Assembly (NCBI GenBank): GCA_038918905.1
Contig: JBCKZS010000007.1
Location: 9,610 to 73,609, forward strand
From: Vicinamibacterales bacterium
GTDB lineage: Bacteria > Acidobacteriota > Vicinamibacteria > Vicinamibacterales > SCN-69-37
Direction of reading: 5' to 3'
Length of the DNA stretch: 64,000 bases
Part shown: in pieces, positions 41,559 through 51,263 of the stretch
Layout of the letters: the number at the start of each line of letters is the position of its first letter
Position numbering within the stretch: the stretch's first letter is position 1
Translations under genes and position numbers: made by a program
Notes under the pieces: model-generated
What the model saw: only the letters and a program-made list of their open reading frames with translations
What the model was told of the DNA's origin: nothing
Databases searched by the model: none

Positions 41559-41741
41559 ATGCGCGCTTTTCTGATTGTGCTTCTGCAAGTCGTCATGGCC
41601 GTGCTCGTGGCCGGTGCCATCATGCCGGCGCTCCTCGTTTCGGTGCCCGAGACACGGGAGGCCGGGCCGCTGGTGTTCGCCGGGCTGATGGCCGTGCTGT
41701 TTGTGCTGCTGCGGCTGGTGTGGCCGGCACGGAAGACGTAG
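41559..41741 (+). CDS. 60-aa two-TM membrane peptide
   Basis: GGGAGG Shine-Dalgarno upstream. MRAFLIVLLQVVMAVLVAGAIMPALLVSVPETREAGPLVFAGLMAVLFVLLRLVWPARKT: two hydrophobic helices. Confidence 0.45.
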   Translation: MRAFLIVLLQVVMAVLVAGAIMPALLVSVPETREAGPLVFAGLMAVLFVLLRLVWPARKT

Positions 41742-41750
41742 CCCGAACGA

Positions 41751-41769
41751 CACCGCGAAAAGCGCGGTG
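41751..41769 (+). terminator. short stem-loop after the operon (weak terminator candidate)
   Basis: caccgcg-aaaag-cgcggtg: 7-bp GC-rich stem with a 5-nt loop, 10 nt after the stop at 41741. No U-tract follows. Confidence 0.3.
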
Positions 41770-41869
41770 CTCGGAGCGGGCAGGCGTGCGTCGAATCGGC
41801 GGTGGGGGTGGCGTGGGTCGCCGGAATGGTTGACCCTGTCGTGGCGCGATAGTACGGTGTAGGGGCTTC

Positions 41870-42997
41870 ATGACGCCCACGCCACCCCCTGCTGCTCTCA
41901 CAAAGACACCGCTCAACGCCCGGCACCGCGCGCACGGCGCCCGCATGGTCGGGTTCAGCGGATGGGACATGCCGGTGGAGTACTCCGGCATCATCGACGA
42001 ACACACCGCCGTGCGCACACACGCCGGCCTGTTCGACGTGAGCCACATGGGCCAGATCGAACTGGCCGGCGCCGATGCCCTCGCCGCGATCCAGTGGATC
42101 TCGTCGAACGACGCGGCCCGGCTCGCACCAGGGCAGATTCAATACTCCGCGCTCACCACCCCCGAAGGCACGTTCGTCGACGACATCCTGGTGTACCGGA
42201 TGGCCGGCCAGCACTTCATGCTGGTCGTTAACGCCGGCAACATCATGAAGGATTACAAATGGATCAACGCGCGCGTGACCGAACGCGGCGGTGACGTCAG
42301 CGTCGTGAACGCCAGTTCACGCTACGCGCTGATCGCGATCCAGGGCCCGCGCGCCGAGGCGATCCTTCAACGGCTCACCGAGATCGATCTGCCCGCCATC
42401 AAGTACTACTGGTTCACCAACGGCGAAGTCGCCGGCGTGCGCGTCATCGTGTCACGCACGGGATACACGGGCGAAGACGGGTTCGAGGTGTTTGTGCCGC
42501 CGGCGCAGGCCGAACGCGTCTGGAACGCGCTGCTGGAGGCAGGGGAGCCAGACGGCCTGAAACCCTGCGGCCTCGGCGCCCGCGACACGCTGCGGCTGGA
42601 AGCGTCCATGCGACTGTGCGGCAGCGACATGGACGAACAGACCTCGGTGGTCGAGGCCGGACTCGGCTGGATCGTGGGCTGGAAGAAGGACACGTTCCTG
42701 GGCGCCGACCGGTTGCGCGCCCAGAAGGCGGGCGCCCTCGATCGCCAGCTTGTCGGATTCGAAATGCGCGACCGCGCCATCGCCCGCCACGGGTATCCGG
42801 TCCTCGTCGATGGTCAAACCGTCGGCGTCGTGACGAGTGGGACCCAGACGCCGTTCCTGAAGAAGGCGATCGGACTGGCCATGGTGCCGGTCGGCCTCGC
42901 CGCGCCCGGCACCACCTTTGACATCGAAATTCGCGGCCGGCGCATGCGCGCCGAAGTCGTGCCCGAACCGTTTTACAGGCGTTCCAAACCGGCGTAG
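41870..42997 (+). CDS. gcvT: glycine cleavage system aminomethyltransferase (T protein)
   Basis: [53 protein letters not shown]: canonical GcvT N-terminus. Followed by gcvH and gcvP. Confidence 0.95.
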   Translation: MTPTPPPAALTKTPLNARHRAHGARMVGFSGWDMPVEYSGIIDEHTAVRTHAGLFDVSHMGQIELAGADALAAIQWISSNDAARLAPGQIQYSALTTPEGTFVDDILVYRMAGQHFMLVVNAGNIMKDYKWINARVTERGGDVSVVNASSRYALIAIQGPRAEAILQRLTEIDLPAIKYYWFTNGEVAGVRVIVSRTGYTGEDGFEVFVPPAQAERVWNALLEAGEPDGLKPCGLGARDTLRLEASMRLCGSDMDEQTSVVEAGLGWIVGWKKDTFLGADRLRAQKAGALDRQLVGFEMRDRAIARHGYPVLVDGQTVGVVTSGTQTPFLKKAIGLAMVPVGLAAPGTTFDIEIRGRRMRAEVVPEPFYRRSKPA

Positions 42998-43007
42998 GAG
43001 TGTCCGC

Positions 43008-43379
43008 ATGTATCCGACCGATCTGAAGTACACAAAAGAGCACGAGTGGGTGCGCCTCAGCGGAGACGAAGCCCAGGTGGGCATCACCGACTTCGCGCAG
43101 AAACAACTGGGTGATGTCGTGTTCGTCGAACTGCCGGTGGTGGGCCGCGTGCTCACCCAGGGCGAAGTGTTCGGCACGATCGAATCCGTGAAGGCCGTCT
43201 CCGAATTATTTTCGCCGATCGCGGGAGAGGTCACGGCCGTCAACGACGACCTCGCCACCCGCCCGGAGTCGGTCAACAGCCAGCCGCACGAGGCGTGGAT
43301 GATCAAAGTCCGGCCGTCGAACGCGGCCGACGCCGGCGCCCTGCTCGACGCCACGCAGTACCACGCTCTGACCCAGTAA
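43008..43379 (+). CDS. gcvH: glycine cleavage system H protein
   Basis: [17 protein letters not shown]... and the lipoyl-lysine motif [13 protein letters not shown]. Confidence 0.95.
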   Translation: MYPTDLKYTKEHEWVRLSGDEAQVGITDFAQKQLGDVVFVELPVVGRVLTQGEVFGTIESVKAVSELFSPIAGEVTAVNDDLATRPESVNSQPHEAWMIKVRPSNAADAGALLDATQYHALTQ

Positions 43380-43397
43380 CCCCCGAAAGGCCCGCCG

Positions 43398-46235
43398 GTG
43401 TCCGATACGTTTCAGTCCCGCCACCTTGGCCCGCGTCCCACCGATCTGCCCGCGATGCTCGACGCGGTTGGCGCCACCAGCCTCGACGCGCTGATCGACG
43501 AGATCGTTCCCGCCGACATCCGCCTCACGGAGGCGCTGGCGCTGCCGCCCGCCGAAAGTGAAGCCGCGTATCTCGCGCGGCTGCGCGGCATCGCGGCCAT
43601 GAACACGGTCTGTCGCAGCTACATCGGGATGGGCTACTACGACACGATCACGCCGGCGGTCATCCTTCGCAACGTCTTTGAAAACCCCGGCTGGTACACG
43701 CCCTATACCCCCTACCAGGCCGAGATCGCCCAGGGCCGTCTCGAATCGCTCCTCAACTTCCAGACGATGGTGGGGGAGTTGACGGGGATGGCGGTGGCGA
43801 ACGCGTCACTGCTCGACGAGGCGACGGCCGCGGCGGAAGCGATGACCCTGCTGGCGCGCGTGTCCAAACGCCAGCACGCCACCACGTTTGTCGTGTCGCC
43901 TCGGGTCTTTCCGCAGGTGTGCGACGTGCTCGTCACCCGCGCCGTGCCGCTCGGCATCACGCTGCGCGTTGAAGACCTCAACACCGCCACGCTCGACGAC
44001 TCCGTCTTTGGTGTGTACGTTCAATCTCCCGACGATCACGGCGAGGTGCTCGACCTCACGCCGCTCGTCGCGCGAGCCCACGCCGCCGGCGCGCTGGTGG
44101 CCGTCGGCACGGACCTGCTGGCGCTGGCGATCTGCACGCCACCCGGGGAAGCCGGCGCCGATGTCGTGGTCGGCAGCGCGCAACGCTTCGGCGTACCGCT
44201 TGGGTATGGCGGCCCCCACGCGGCGTTCTTTGCCACACGCGAGGCCTTCGTCCGTCAGGCTCCGGGCCGCCTCATCGGTGTCTCGGTGGATTCGAAGGGC
44301 CGCCGCGCATACCGCATGGCCCTCCAGACCCGCGAGCAGCACATCCGCCGCGAGAAGGCCACGTCGAACATCTGCACGGCGCAGGCCCTGCTCGCCAACA
44401 TCGCGGCGTTCTACGCCGTGTATCACGGAGCCGAGGGCATCCGGGCGATCGCGGAACGCGTGCGCGGTCAGGCCGCGCGCCTTGCGTCAGCCCTGACCGC
44501 CGCCGGGTGGCGCCAGACCAATGGCGCGTTCTTCGACACGATTCGCTGCGAGGGCACGTCCGACCAGGTCGCCCGCGTGAAAGCCGCCGCGGCGAAACAT
44601 CTGATCAACTTCCGTTACCCCGCCGGCCACATCGTCCAACTCTCGCTGGATGAGACGGTCACTGAACAGGATCTGGCGGATATCGCGACCGTCTTTGCTG
44701 ACGCGAGCGGCGCCGCGCTGACACTCCCGAAGACGGGCAGCGCGCTGCCAAAGACCGTGGCACGCACCAGCGGGTATCTGACGCATCCGGTCTTCAACAC
44801 GCATCACTCCGAGACGCAGATGATGCGCTACATCCGCGGCCTCGAGCGGAAGGACCTCGGGCTCGACACCGCGATGATTCCATTGGGCTCGTGCACGATG
44901 AAGCTCAACGCGGCCGCCGAGATGATGCCCGTGACCTGGCCCGAGTTCTCCAAGATGCACCCCTTCGCGCCGGTGAACCAGGCCGCCGGTTATCACCAGA
45001 TCGTTGAAGAACTCGAATCCGCGCTGTGCGTCGTCACCGGCTTTGCCGCGGTGTCGCTGCAGCCGAATTCCGGCGCGCAGGGGGAGTTTGCCGGACTGCT
45101 CGTCATCCACGCGTACCACCAGAGTCGCGGCGACAGCCAGCGCGACGTCGTCCTGATCCCGCAGTCGGCGCATGGCACCAACCCCGCCAGCGCCAGCATG
45201 GTCGGGTTGAAGGTCGTGGTGGTGGCGTGTGACGCGCAGGGCAACATCGACATCGCCGATCTCAAGGCCAGGGCGGAAACCCATCGCGACCGGTTGTCGT
45301 GCCTGATGGTCACGTATCCGTCGACGCACGGCGTGTTTGAAGGCGGCATCCTGGCGATCTGCGCGATCGTCCATGCCAACGGCGGTCAGGTCTACATGGA
45401 CGGCGCGAATATGAACGCGCAGGTCGGCCTGACGAGTCCTGCTGCCATCGGCGCCGATGTCTGCCATCTCAATCTGCACAAGACGTTCGCCATCCCGCAC
45501 GGCGGTGGCGGTCCCGGCATGGGGCCCATCGGCGTGGCGAAACACCTCGCGCCGTTCCTGCCGGGACATCCGGTGATTGCCACGGGCGGCACCTCGGCGA
45601 TTTCGGCCGTGTCGGCCGCGCCGTGGGGCAGCGCGAGCATCCTCCTGATCTCCTACGGGTACATCGCAATGCTCGGCGGCGAGGGCGTGACGATGGCCAC
45701 GAAGGTGGCGATGTTGAATGCGAACTACATCAAGGCGCGGCTGCAGGGACACTATCCCGTGTTGTACGCCGGCGCCAACGGGCGCGTCGCGCACGAGTTG
45801 ATCTTTGACCTGCGGCCGTTCAAGGCGCACGGCGTTGATGAAACCGACATCGCCAAGCGGTTGATGGACTACGGCTTCCATGCGCCGACCGTCTCGTTCC
45901 CGGTGCCTGGCACGCTCATGGTCGAGCCCACCGAATGCGAGCCGAAGGAAGAACTCGACCGCTTCTGCGATGCCATGCTCGCGATCTGGTCCGAGGTGCA
46001 GGCCGTCATCGACGGCTCCGCCGACAAGACTGACAACGTCCTCAAGAACGCGCCGCACACCGCGCAGGACGTCACTGCCGACGAGTGGTCCCACCCGTAC
46101 ACGCGCCAGCAGGCGGCGTACCCCGTGCCGTCGCTCCGCCACCACAAGTTCTGGCCCGCCGTCTCGCGCATCGACAATCCCCACGGGGACCGCAACCTCG
46201 TGTGCGCGTGCCCGCCGATGTCCGAGTACGAGTAG
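43398..46235 (+). CDS. gcvP: glycine dehydrogenase (decarboxylating), single-chain P protein
   Basis: 945 aa. FQSRHLGP N-terminus, [14 protein letters not shown], and the PLP-lysine region [18 protein letters not shown]. Confidence 0.95.
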   Translation: MSDTFQSRHLGPRPTDLPAMLDAVGATSLDALIDEIVPADIRLTEALALPPAESEAAYLARLRGIAAMNTVCRSYIGMGYYDTITPAVILRNVFENPGWYTPYTPYQAEIAQGRLESLLNFQTMVGELTGMAVANASLLDEATAAAEAMTLLARVSKRQHATTFVVSPRVFPQVCDVLVTRAVPLGITLRVEDLNTATLDDSVFGVYVQSPDDHGEVLDLTPLVARAHAAGALVAVGTDLLALAICTPPGEAGADVVVGSAQRFGVPLGYGGPHAAFFATREAFVRQAPGRLIGVSVDSKGRRAYRMALQTREQHIRREKATSNICTAQALLANIAAFYAVYHGAEGIRAIAERVRGQAARLASALTAAGWRQTNGAFFDTIRCEGTSDQVARVKAAAAKHLINFRYPAGHIVQLSLDETVTEQDLADIATVFADASGAALTLPKTGSALPKTVARTSGYLTHPVFNTHHSETQMMRYIRGLERKDLGLDTAMIPLGSCTMKLNAAAEMMPVTWPEFSKMHPFAPVNQAAGYHQIVEELESALCVVTGFAAVSLQPNSGAQGEFAGLLVIHAYHQSRGDSQRDVVLIPQSAHGTNPASASMVGLKVVVVACDAQGNIDIADLKARAETHRDRLSCLMVTYPSTHGVFEGGILAICAIVHANGGQVYMDGANMNAQVGLTSPAAIGADVCHLNLHKTFAIPHGGGGPGMGPIGVAKHLAPFLPGHPVIATGGTSAISAVSAAPWGSASILLISYGYIAMLGGEGVTMATKVAMLNANYIKARLQGHYPVLYAGANGRVAHELIFDLRPFKAHGVDETDIAKRLMDYGFHAPTVSFPVPGTLMVEPTECEPKEELDRFCDAMLAIWSEVQAVIDGSADKTDNVLKNAPHTAQDVTADEWSHPYTRQQAAYPVPSLRHHKFWPAVSRIDNPHGDRNLVCACPPMSEYE

Positions 46236-46236
46236 A

Positions 46237-46410
46237 CTCTTTCACACAAGGCGTGCTTGTCTTTTTCACACGAGGCGTGAAGGCATGAAGGATATTGTGG
46301 ATGCCTGCTGAGTGGGCCCGGAGATGCCGCCGACAGTCGCGACAACGGGCACCCCCAAAGAACCCTTCACGCCTCGTGTGAAAAAGACAAGCAGCCTCGT
46401 ATGAAGCTCT
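46237..46410. repeat. MITE-like inverted repeat (perfect 29-bp arms, ~48-bp extended arms, 80-bp spacer)
   Basis: 46255-46283 gcttgtctttttcacacgaggcgtgaagg is the exact reverse complement of 46364-46392. Each arm carries two copies of TTCACACRAGGCGTG-like 15-mers. Locally AT-richer than the flanks. Confidence 0.8.
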
Positions 46411-47817
46411 AACGCGCATTATTCATGACTGGTCGTAGCGAGTCTATTCGGAAGGCTCCGCATGGTGAATATGACTCGGGGGATGATCGACGAGGCGTGA
46501 AGCGGCCGGTGCGGCGGCACGGCGGTCGGATCGCGAACGCAGGCGGCGTGAATGACGGGCGGGTCGACGAGCTTCCGCCTCTCATGGCGGGACAGGGCGG
46601 GTGCGACGCGCCGATTACCCGGCGCGGGCGCAGGGCGTGGAGCCGCAGCTCTTGCATCAGGACATAGGCGGCGGCGGTCAGCAGGACGCGCAGTTGGTTC
46701 GCCCAAAAGCGGGAGCAGCTCGTGCGCCAGATCGTGCTGCAGTTCCTTGATGCGGTTCTCGATGTCGCCCCGCGCGCAGTAGACCGTTTCGTACAGCCAC
46801 TGGGGCTGCTGGCGAAGATTCGTCACCACGAAGCGCGGGTTGTCCCGCGGCTCGCGTCCCGGATGGTGCACGACTTCGGCTTTGATGATCACGCGCCGAG
46901 GCTGGGCCCACGTCTGCGCCTGGTACGACGTCTCGGTGTACACGTGGGCGGTCTGCCCGCTGACCGCGGGCAGGGCGCGGGCCTCGATCATCGCGGACTC
47001 CGCGGCTCGCGTCAGCACCGCGTTCTTGCCCATCGCGACCACATAGTCCAGCCGTTCGCCCTCGAGCCACTCGAAGACCTCGGGACACGCAAAGCCGCCA
47101 TCGAGCCGCACGCGCAGCCGCGCCTTCGGAAACGCCACCCGCAGCCGCGGCACAAGCCGGCGCAGCACCCCGAGCGCGCCCAGGCTCGCCGGCGCGTTGC
47201 CCGGCCGCACACAGATATTGTTCCGCCTCGTCGTTGAAGGTCACAAAGGCGAGCAGCGGCCGATAACACCAGCTGTCGTAGTGCCCGTTGAAAAACGAGA
47301 GCTGCTGCGCGCCATGGGTCGGGTCCTCGGTCGGATCCAGATCGATCGTGATGCGCCGCGCCAGGCCGTGCCGCCGACGCGGGTGCCGCTGCACGACCCG
47401 CTCGGCAAGCTCACGGCCCATCGCATAGAGCTCGGCACGGCGCACGCCGTTCTCAAACCGCGAGATCGTCGGCTGCGACGCCAGCGACGTGCCCTCGATC
47501 GGATCGCGATCGCGCAGCAACTTCTGGATCGGATCATCGGCCAGACGATCCGCGTCGTTCGCATCGGGATAGCCGCCCGCGATCCCAAAGACGCGCTGCG
47601 CCACGAGGTCGTGCACCGTGTGCGCAATCTTCTCGGCGGTGCGACCGTCGGTGAGGCACCCCGCCAACGCGGCGGTCACGCCGAGTCGGGCGTCCGCCGC
47701 TTTCAGTAGAATCGCGCCACCGTCCGAGCTCGCGTGGGCCTGATCGAACGTCGCCACGAGGGGCCGGTCGAACAGATCAGGAAACAGCACAGTCTGTGGT
47801 ATCGTCTCGTTGTTCAA
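46409..47817 (-). pseudogene. IS1380-family DDE transposase, at least two frameshifts
   Basis: N-terminal part in ORF 46678..47817 (MNNETIPQTVLFPDLFDRPLVATFDQAHASSDGGAILLKAADARLGV...FFNGHYDSWCYRPLL). The middle is in ORF 46419..47210 (...YVVAMGKNAVL...YCARGDIENRIKELQHDLA). The C-terminal CSRFWANQLRVLLTAAAYVLMQELRLHA lies in a third frame. Confidence 0.7.
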
Positions 47818-47921
47818 CGCAAACGCCTCCGTCGTGGAAAAAGGTCTATCAGCACGGCCTTTGTACCAAGCGGAGGCGTTTGTATTTCGACGAAATCGCG
47901 ATCGCTGATGAATTATTCAGG
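46414..47921 (-). mobile_element. IS1380-family-like insertion sequence (decayed)
   Basis: Contains the frameshifted transposase. Tentative terminal inverted repeats cgcattattcatgac (46414) and the complement of tgatgaattattca (47906). Boundaries are approximate. Confidence 0.55.
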
Positions 47922-48170
47922 CTAGGTGGCTTGGTCGGGTCGATGACGCCGGCCTTCACCATGCAGGTTGGAGATCTGCCGCGCGCGGATGAGGGCGTTC
48001 ACTCAATTCCGGCAACTTGACGTGACGTGGCCGGAGCCACCGCCACGTAGAGAGAACGCCAGGATGCCGTTTCCCACTGGCAGAATCTGCCGGCAGGTCA
48101 GCGCCCGAGTACGCAGAAAGCGCAACGATCGATACGGGGCCCGTCCGTAACCCGTTGATTCCCTAGAGAT

Positions 48171-49718
48171 GTGCGATCAGGCACAGGCCTTGCGGAGGTG
48201 GGGGGCGTGGGACTCACGTCCGTCACGTATCGACCCCGGCAGCCCGATCAGTCCGCGTTGCATCACCTTGTCCGTGATCACTATGAGACCTTCCGCGCGC
48301 AGGCCGCGGGTCGGCGTGACGGGCAAGGGTTGCCGCGATTCGTCGAGCGGGCGTTTGAGGACTTCCTGACGTGTGGCTGCCTCGCGGCGGGCTTTGCGCG
48401 ATTCCGCTGTGCGGCGTGTCGTCACGAGCGGCTGGTGGCGTTTTCGTGCAAGGGGCGTGGCTTCTGTCCCAGCTGTGGTGGCCGACGGATGACCGAGCGC
48501 GCCGCGCATCTGGTCGACCATGTGTTTCCCGAGGTGCCCGTGCGGCAGTGGGTGCTGACGCTGCCGCCGGGCCTGCGGTACCGGCTTGCGTGGAACCACG
48601 CCCTGTGCCGGGCGGTCGTCGCGGTGTTTGTCCGCGCCGTCGTCGGCTGGCTGCGGCGTGAGGCCAGGCGGCGTGGTGTGGTCGATGGGCATGGCGGGGC
48701 GGTGGTGATCGTGCAGCGGTTCGGGTCGGCGCTCAATCTGAACGTGCACCTCCATGCGATGGTGATGGACGGGGTCTTTGTCACCGACCGGGACGGGGAG
48801 GTGCGGTTCGTCGCGGCCCGGCATCCGCGTGCGCCGGACCTGGCGCCGCTCTTGACCACCATCGCGCGACGGGTGTCGCACGCGCTGGCGAGGCACGGTG
48901 TCTCCGACGGGGAGGAGGGCGTGGAGCCTGAAGATCCGTGGGCTGAAGAACTGCCCGTGCTCGCAGGGCTGTCCGCCGCGTCGGTGCGGGGCGTGGCGGC
49001 GATGGGGCCACGCGCGGGGCTGTCCGTGCGCCGGTGGGGCGTGGCGCCGGACGACCGCGCGCGGCCGACACCGGGGGAGTGGCACGCACACGTACACGGG
49101 TTCGACCTGCACGCGGGCATCGTCGTACGGGCCGACGCGCGCGATCGGCTCGAGCGTCTCTGCCGCTACGCCTTGCGGCCGGCGGTGGGGCAGGACCGCC
49201 TGCGGGTCACGCCGGAGGGGCAGGCTGTGTTGGAACTGCGGCGGCGCTGGCGTGAGGGCACGACGCATCTGCTGTTTGAACCTGTGGAACTGTTGGAACG
49301 GCTCGCGGCGTTGGTGCCGCGCCCGCGGGTCAACTTGGTGCTGTACTACGGGGTGTTGGCCCCGCGCGCCGCGTGGCGGCCGCTTGGGGTGCCGCCGGTC
49401 GGTCACGACCCATCTGAGTCGACAGGGCCGCGGGGGTGCGCGCACAGCACGCGGGTGGGACGCCGCCCTAATGCGACGTGGGCTGAGCTGATGCAGCGCA
49501 GCTTTGGCTTCGATGTGCTGGCGTGTCCGCGATGTCCAGGGCGGTTGACGTTGGTGGCGCTGATTCGGGACCCGAGCGTCATTGGGCGGATTCTTCGGCC
49601 GTCTCGGTGTACCGGATGCGGTCCCATCCCGACGACCCGCGCGCGAGCCGCCCTTGCCGTGGGAGGACGCGGCCGAGCGGGCGTGGGCGGCCGACGCGTC
49701 ACGACGTACAAGAGCTGA
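48171..49718 (+). CDS. IS91-family (Y2 HUH, rolling-circle) transposase, apparently intact
   Basis: N-terminal Zn-binding region CGCLAAGFARFRCAACRHERLVAFSCKGRGFCPSCGGRRM, then VPVRQWVLTLPPGLRYRL and NLNVHLHAMVMDGVF (HUH-like), as in IS91/IS801/ISCR transposases. Element ends are not resolved. Confidence 0.8.
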   Translation: MRSGTGLAEVGGVGLTSVTYRPRQPDQSALHHLVRDHYETFRAQAAGRRDGQGLPRFVERAFEDFLTCGCLAAGFARFRCAACRHERLVAFSCKGRGFCPSCGGRRMTERAAHLVDHVFPEVPVRQWVLTLPPGLRYRLAWNHALCRAVVAVFVRAVVGWLRREARRRGVVDGHGGAVVIVQRFGSALNLNVHLHAMVMDGVFVTDRDGEVRFVAARHPRAPDLAPLLTTIARRVSHALARHGVSDGEEGVEPEDPWAEELPVLAGLSAASVRGVAAMGPRAGLSVRRWGVAPDDRARPTPGEWHAHVHGFDLHAGIVVRADARDRLERLCRYALRPAVGQDRLRVTPEGQAVLELRRRWREGTTHLLFEPVELLERLAALVPRPRVNLVLYYGVLAPRAAWRPLGVPPVGHDPSESTGPRGCAHSTRVGRRPNATWAELMQRSFGFDVLACPRCPGRLTLVALIRDPSVIGRILRPSRCTGCGPIPTTRARAALAVGGRGRAGVGGRRVTTYKS

Positions 49719-49883
49719 GGCGCGTGGTGTCGCGGTGCGCAACGAGCCGCGATGGGCCGGAGGTCTGCCTCGGGCCTCGCGTGCTAGCCGAGAATGGGCT
49801 TGTGTTTGACTGGCGCGACGGCCTGGCGCTACACTGCACCCGTGTTTTCGGCTCCGGGGCGCGGCTGAACGGCCCCCGCCTGT

Positions 49884-49946
49884 CTGCCCAGTGTCTGAGA
49901 GGGGAGGTTATGTCAGGGGAACAGCCCCTTAATACGGCTTATCGTC
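49884..49946 (+). repeat. direct repeat copy 1 (63 bp), 166 nt downstream of the IS91 transposase stop
   Basis: ctgcccagtgtctgagaggggaggttatgtcaggggaacagccccttaatacggcttatcgtc. Matches 61728-61789 with one C indel and one G/T change; the last 47 nt are identical. Contains the small hairpin aggggAACAGcccct. Confidence 0.9.
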
Positions 49947-49959
49947 GAGTCAAACAAAC

Positions 49960-50445
49960 ATGGAGATGAACGTGGAGAACATGTCACAACCTACCGCTTT
50001 CAGGATCAACGCTCCGCGAGTGGTTCACCAAACCATTGACGGAGAGACAATCATTATTGACTTTGACAGCGGAACGTACTACAGCATCGATAAAGCCGGT
50101 GCGATTATCTGGGAACACATTGACCAGGGCGCTGCAGTGACTGAGATTGTTCAGGCACTGGCGCAGCGTTATGATGGCGACCATTTAGACATTGAAAACG
50201 CAGTAATGCACATTCTGGCAGAACTGCAGCACGAGTCGCTCATCTCACCCATTAACCTAAGAGATTCCTCTGGCGGCATCCACCTCACGGCTGATTCCAC
50301 TAATCAGCCCGCCGCAACCCGTCCCCCTTTTGAAACGCCTGTCCTGCTCAAGTACACCGACATGCAGGACTTGCTCCTGCTCGATCCGATCCATGAGGTG
50401 GACGAACAGGGCTGGCCGGTCAAGAAAGGTGGAGACGCGGGGTGA
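49960..50445 (+). CDS. PqqD-family / RiPP-recognition-element (RRE)-like protein with a ~70-aa C-terminal extension
   Basis: RVVHQTIDGETIIIDFDSGTYYSIDKAGAIIWEHIDQGAAVTEIVQALAQRYDGDHLDIENAVMHILAELQHESLI is the beta-strands plus winged-helix pattern of PqqD/lasso B1 proteins. It is followed by a Ser/Thr-rich linker and an acidic tail. Confidence 0.7.
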   Translation: MEMNVENMSQPTAFRINAPRVVHQTIDGETIIIDFDSGTYYSIDKAGAIIWEHIDQGAAVTEIVQALAQRYDGDHLDIENAVMHILAELQHESLISPINLRDSSGGIHLTADSTNQPAATRPPFETPVLLKYTDMQDLLLLDPIHEVDEQGWPVKKGGDAG

Positions 50446-50452
50446 AATAAGA

Positions 50453-51244
50453 ATGCGAGTGTTGCTCACAGGCGCGGCGGGGTACATCGGCGGATTGATT
50501 ATCGCCAACCTTGCCGATCGTTACGATTGGATCTTGACCGATCTCAACCCACCCGCGGACACGCGCGGCTTGCCGTTTATCCAAGCAGACATCACCGAGC
50601 TTGCCGCGCTGCGCCCACTCTGCCAAGGCGTAGATACCATCGTCCATCTTGCGGCGACGGCTAACCCTGATGCAGTATGGCAGGACCTGCTACCGAACAA
50701 TCTCATCGGCGTCTATAACGTATTCCAGGCAGCATCCGAAACCGGGTGTCGGCGCGTCATCTTTGCGAGCAGCGTGCACGCAGTTGATGGTTATCCGAGA
50801 GACATTCAGATTCACGCCGATATGCCCATCTCACCGCTGACCCTCTACGGGGCGACCAAAGCGTGGGGTGAAGCCGTGGCGGCGTTTTACGCGCGCCAAA
50901 AGAATCTCTCGGCGATTTGCCTGCGTATCGGCGGGGTGATGCCGAGCAATGACCCGCGCATCGTGCCCGGTTTCCACAATTTGGATATGGTCATCACTCG
51001 TGAAGACCTTGTCCGCCTGATTGCCGCCAGCATTGATGCCCCAGACGATCTGCGCTTTGGCATCTTTCACGGCGTCTCAAACAATCGCTGGAAGCGGCTT
51101 GACATCAGCGACACGCGCGAACGGCTCAAGTACGAGCCGCAAGATGACGCATTCGAAGTCGCGCAACGAAACTACTTTGGCATCGTGTGTCAATGGGGTG
51201 GGCGCGTCAAACGCGCCGTGCGTTCGGTGATCCGTCGCCAATGA
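50453..51244 (+). CDS. NAD-dependent epimerase/dehydratase (SDR)
   Basis: MRVLLTGAAGYIGGLII (GxxGxxG) and LYGATKAWGE (YxxxK). Start at the ATG at 50453 inside track ORF 50330..51244. Confidence 0.8.
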   Translation: MRVLLTGAAGYIGGLIIANLADRYDWILTDLNPPADTRGLPFIQADITELAALRPLCQGVDTIVHLAATANPDAVWQDLLPNNLIGVYNVFQAASETGCRRVIFASSVHAVDGYPRDIQIHADMPISPLTLYGATKAWGEAVAAFYARQKNLSAICLRIGGVMPSNDPRIVPGFHNLDMVITREDLVRLIAASIDAPDDLRFGIFHGVSNNRWKRLDISDTRERLKYEPQDDAFEVAQRNYFGIVCQWGGRVKRAVRSVIRRQ

Positions 51245-51263
51245 GACATCGAGTAAAAGAACC

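Noticed and set aside
41742-41869. Possible glycine riboswitch upstream of gcvT
   Set aside because: I looked for the conserved GGAGAG...CACCGAAGGGGCAA-type cores and found none. Only a short stem-loop and GC-rich sequence are present. A cmscan with the Rfam glycine model would settle it.
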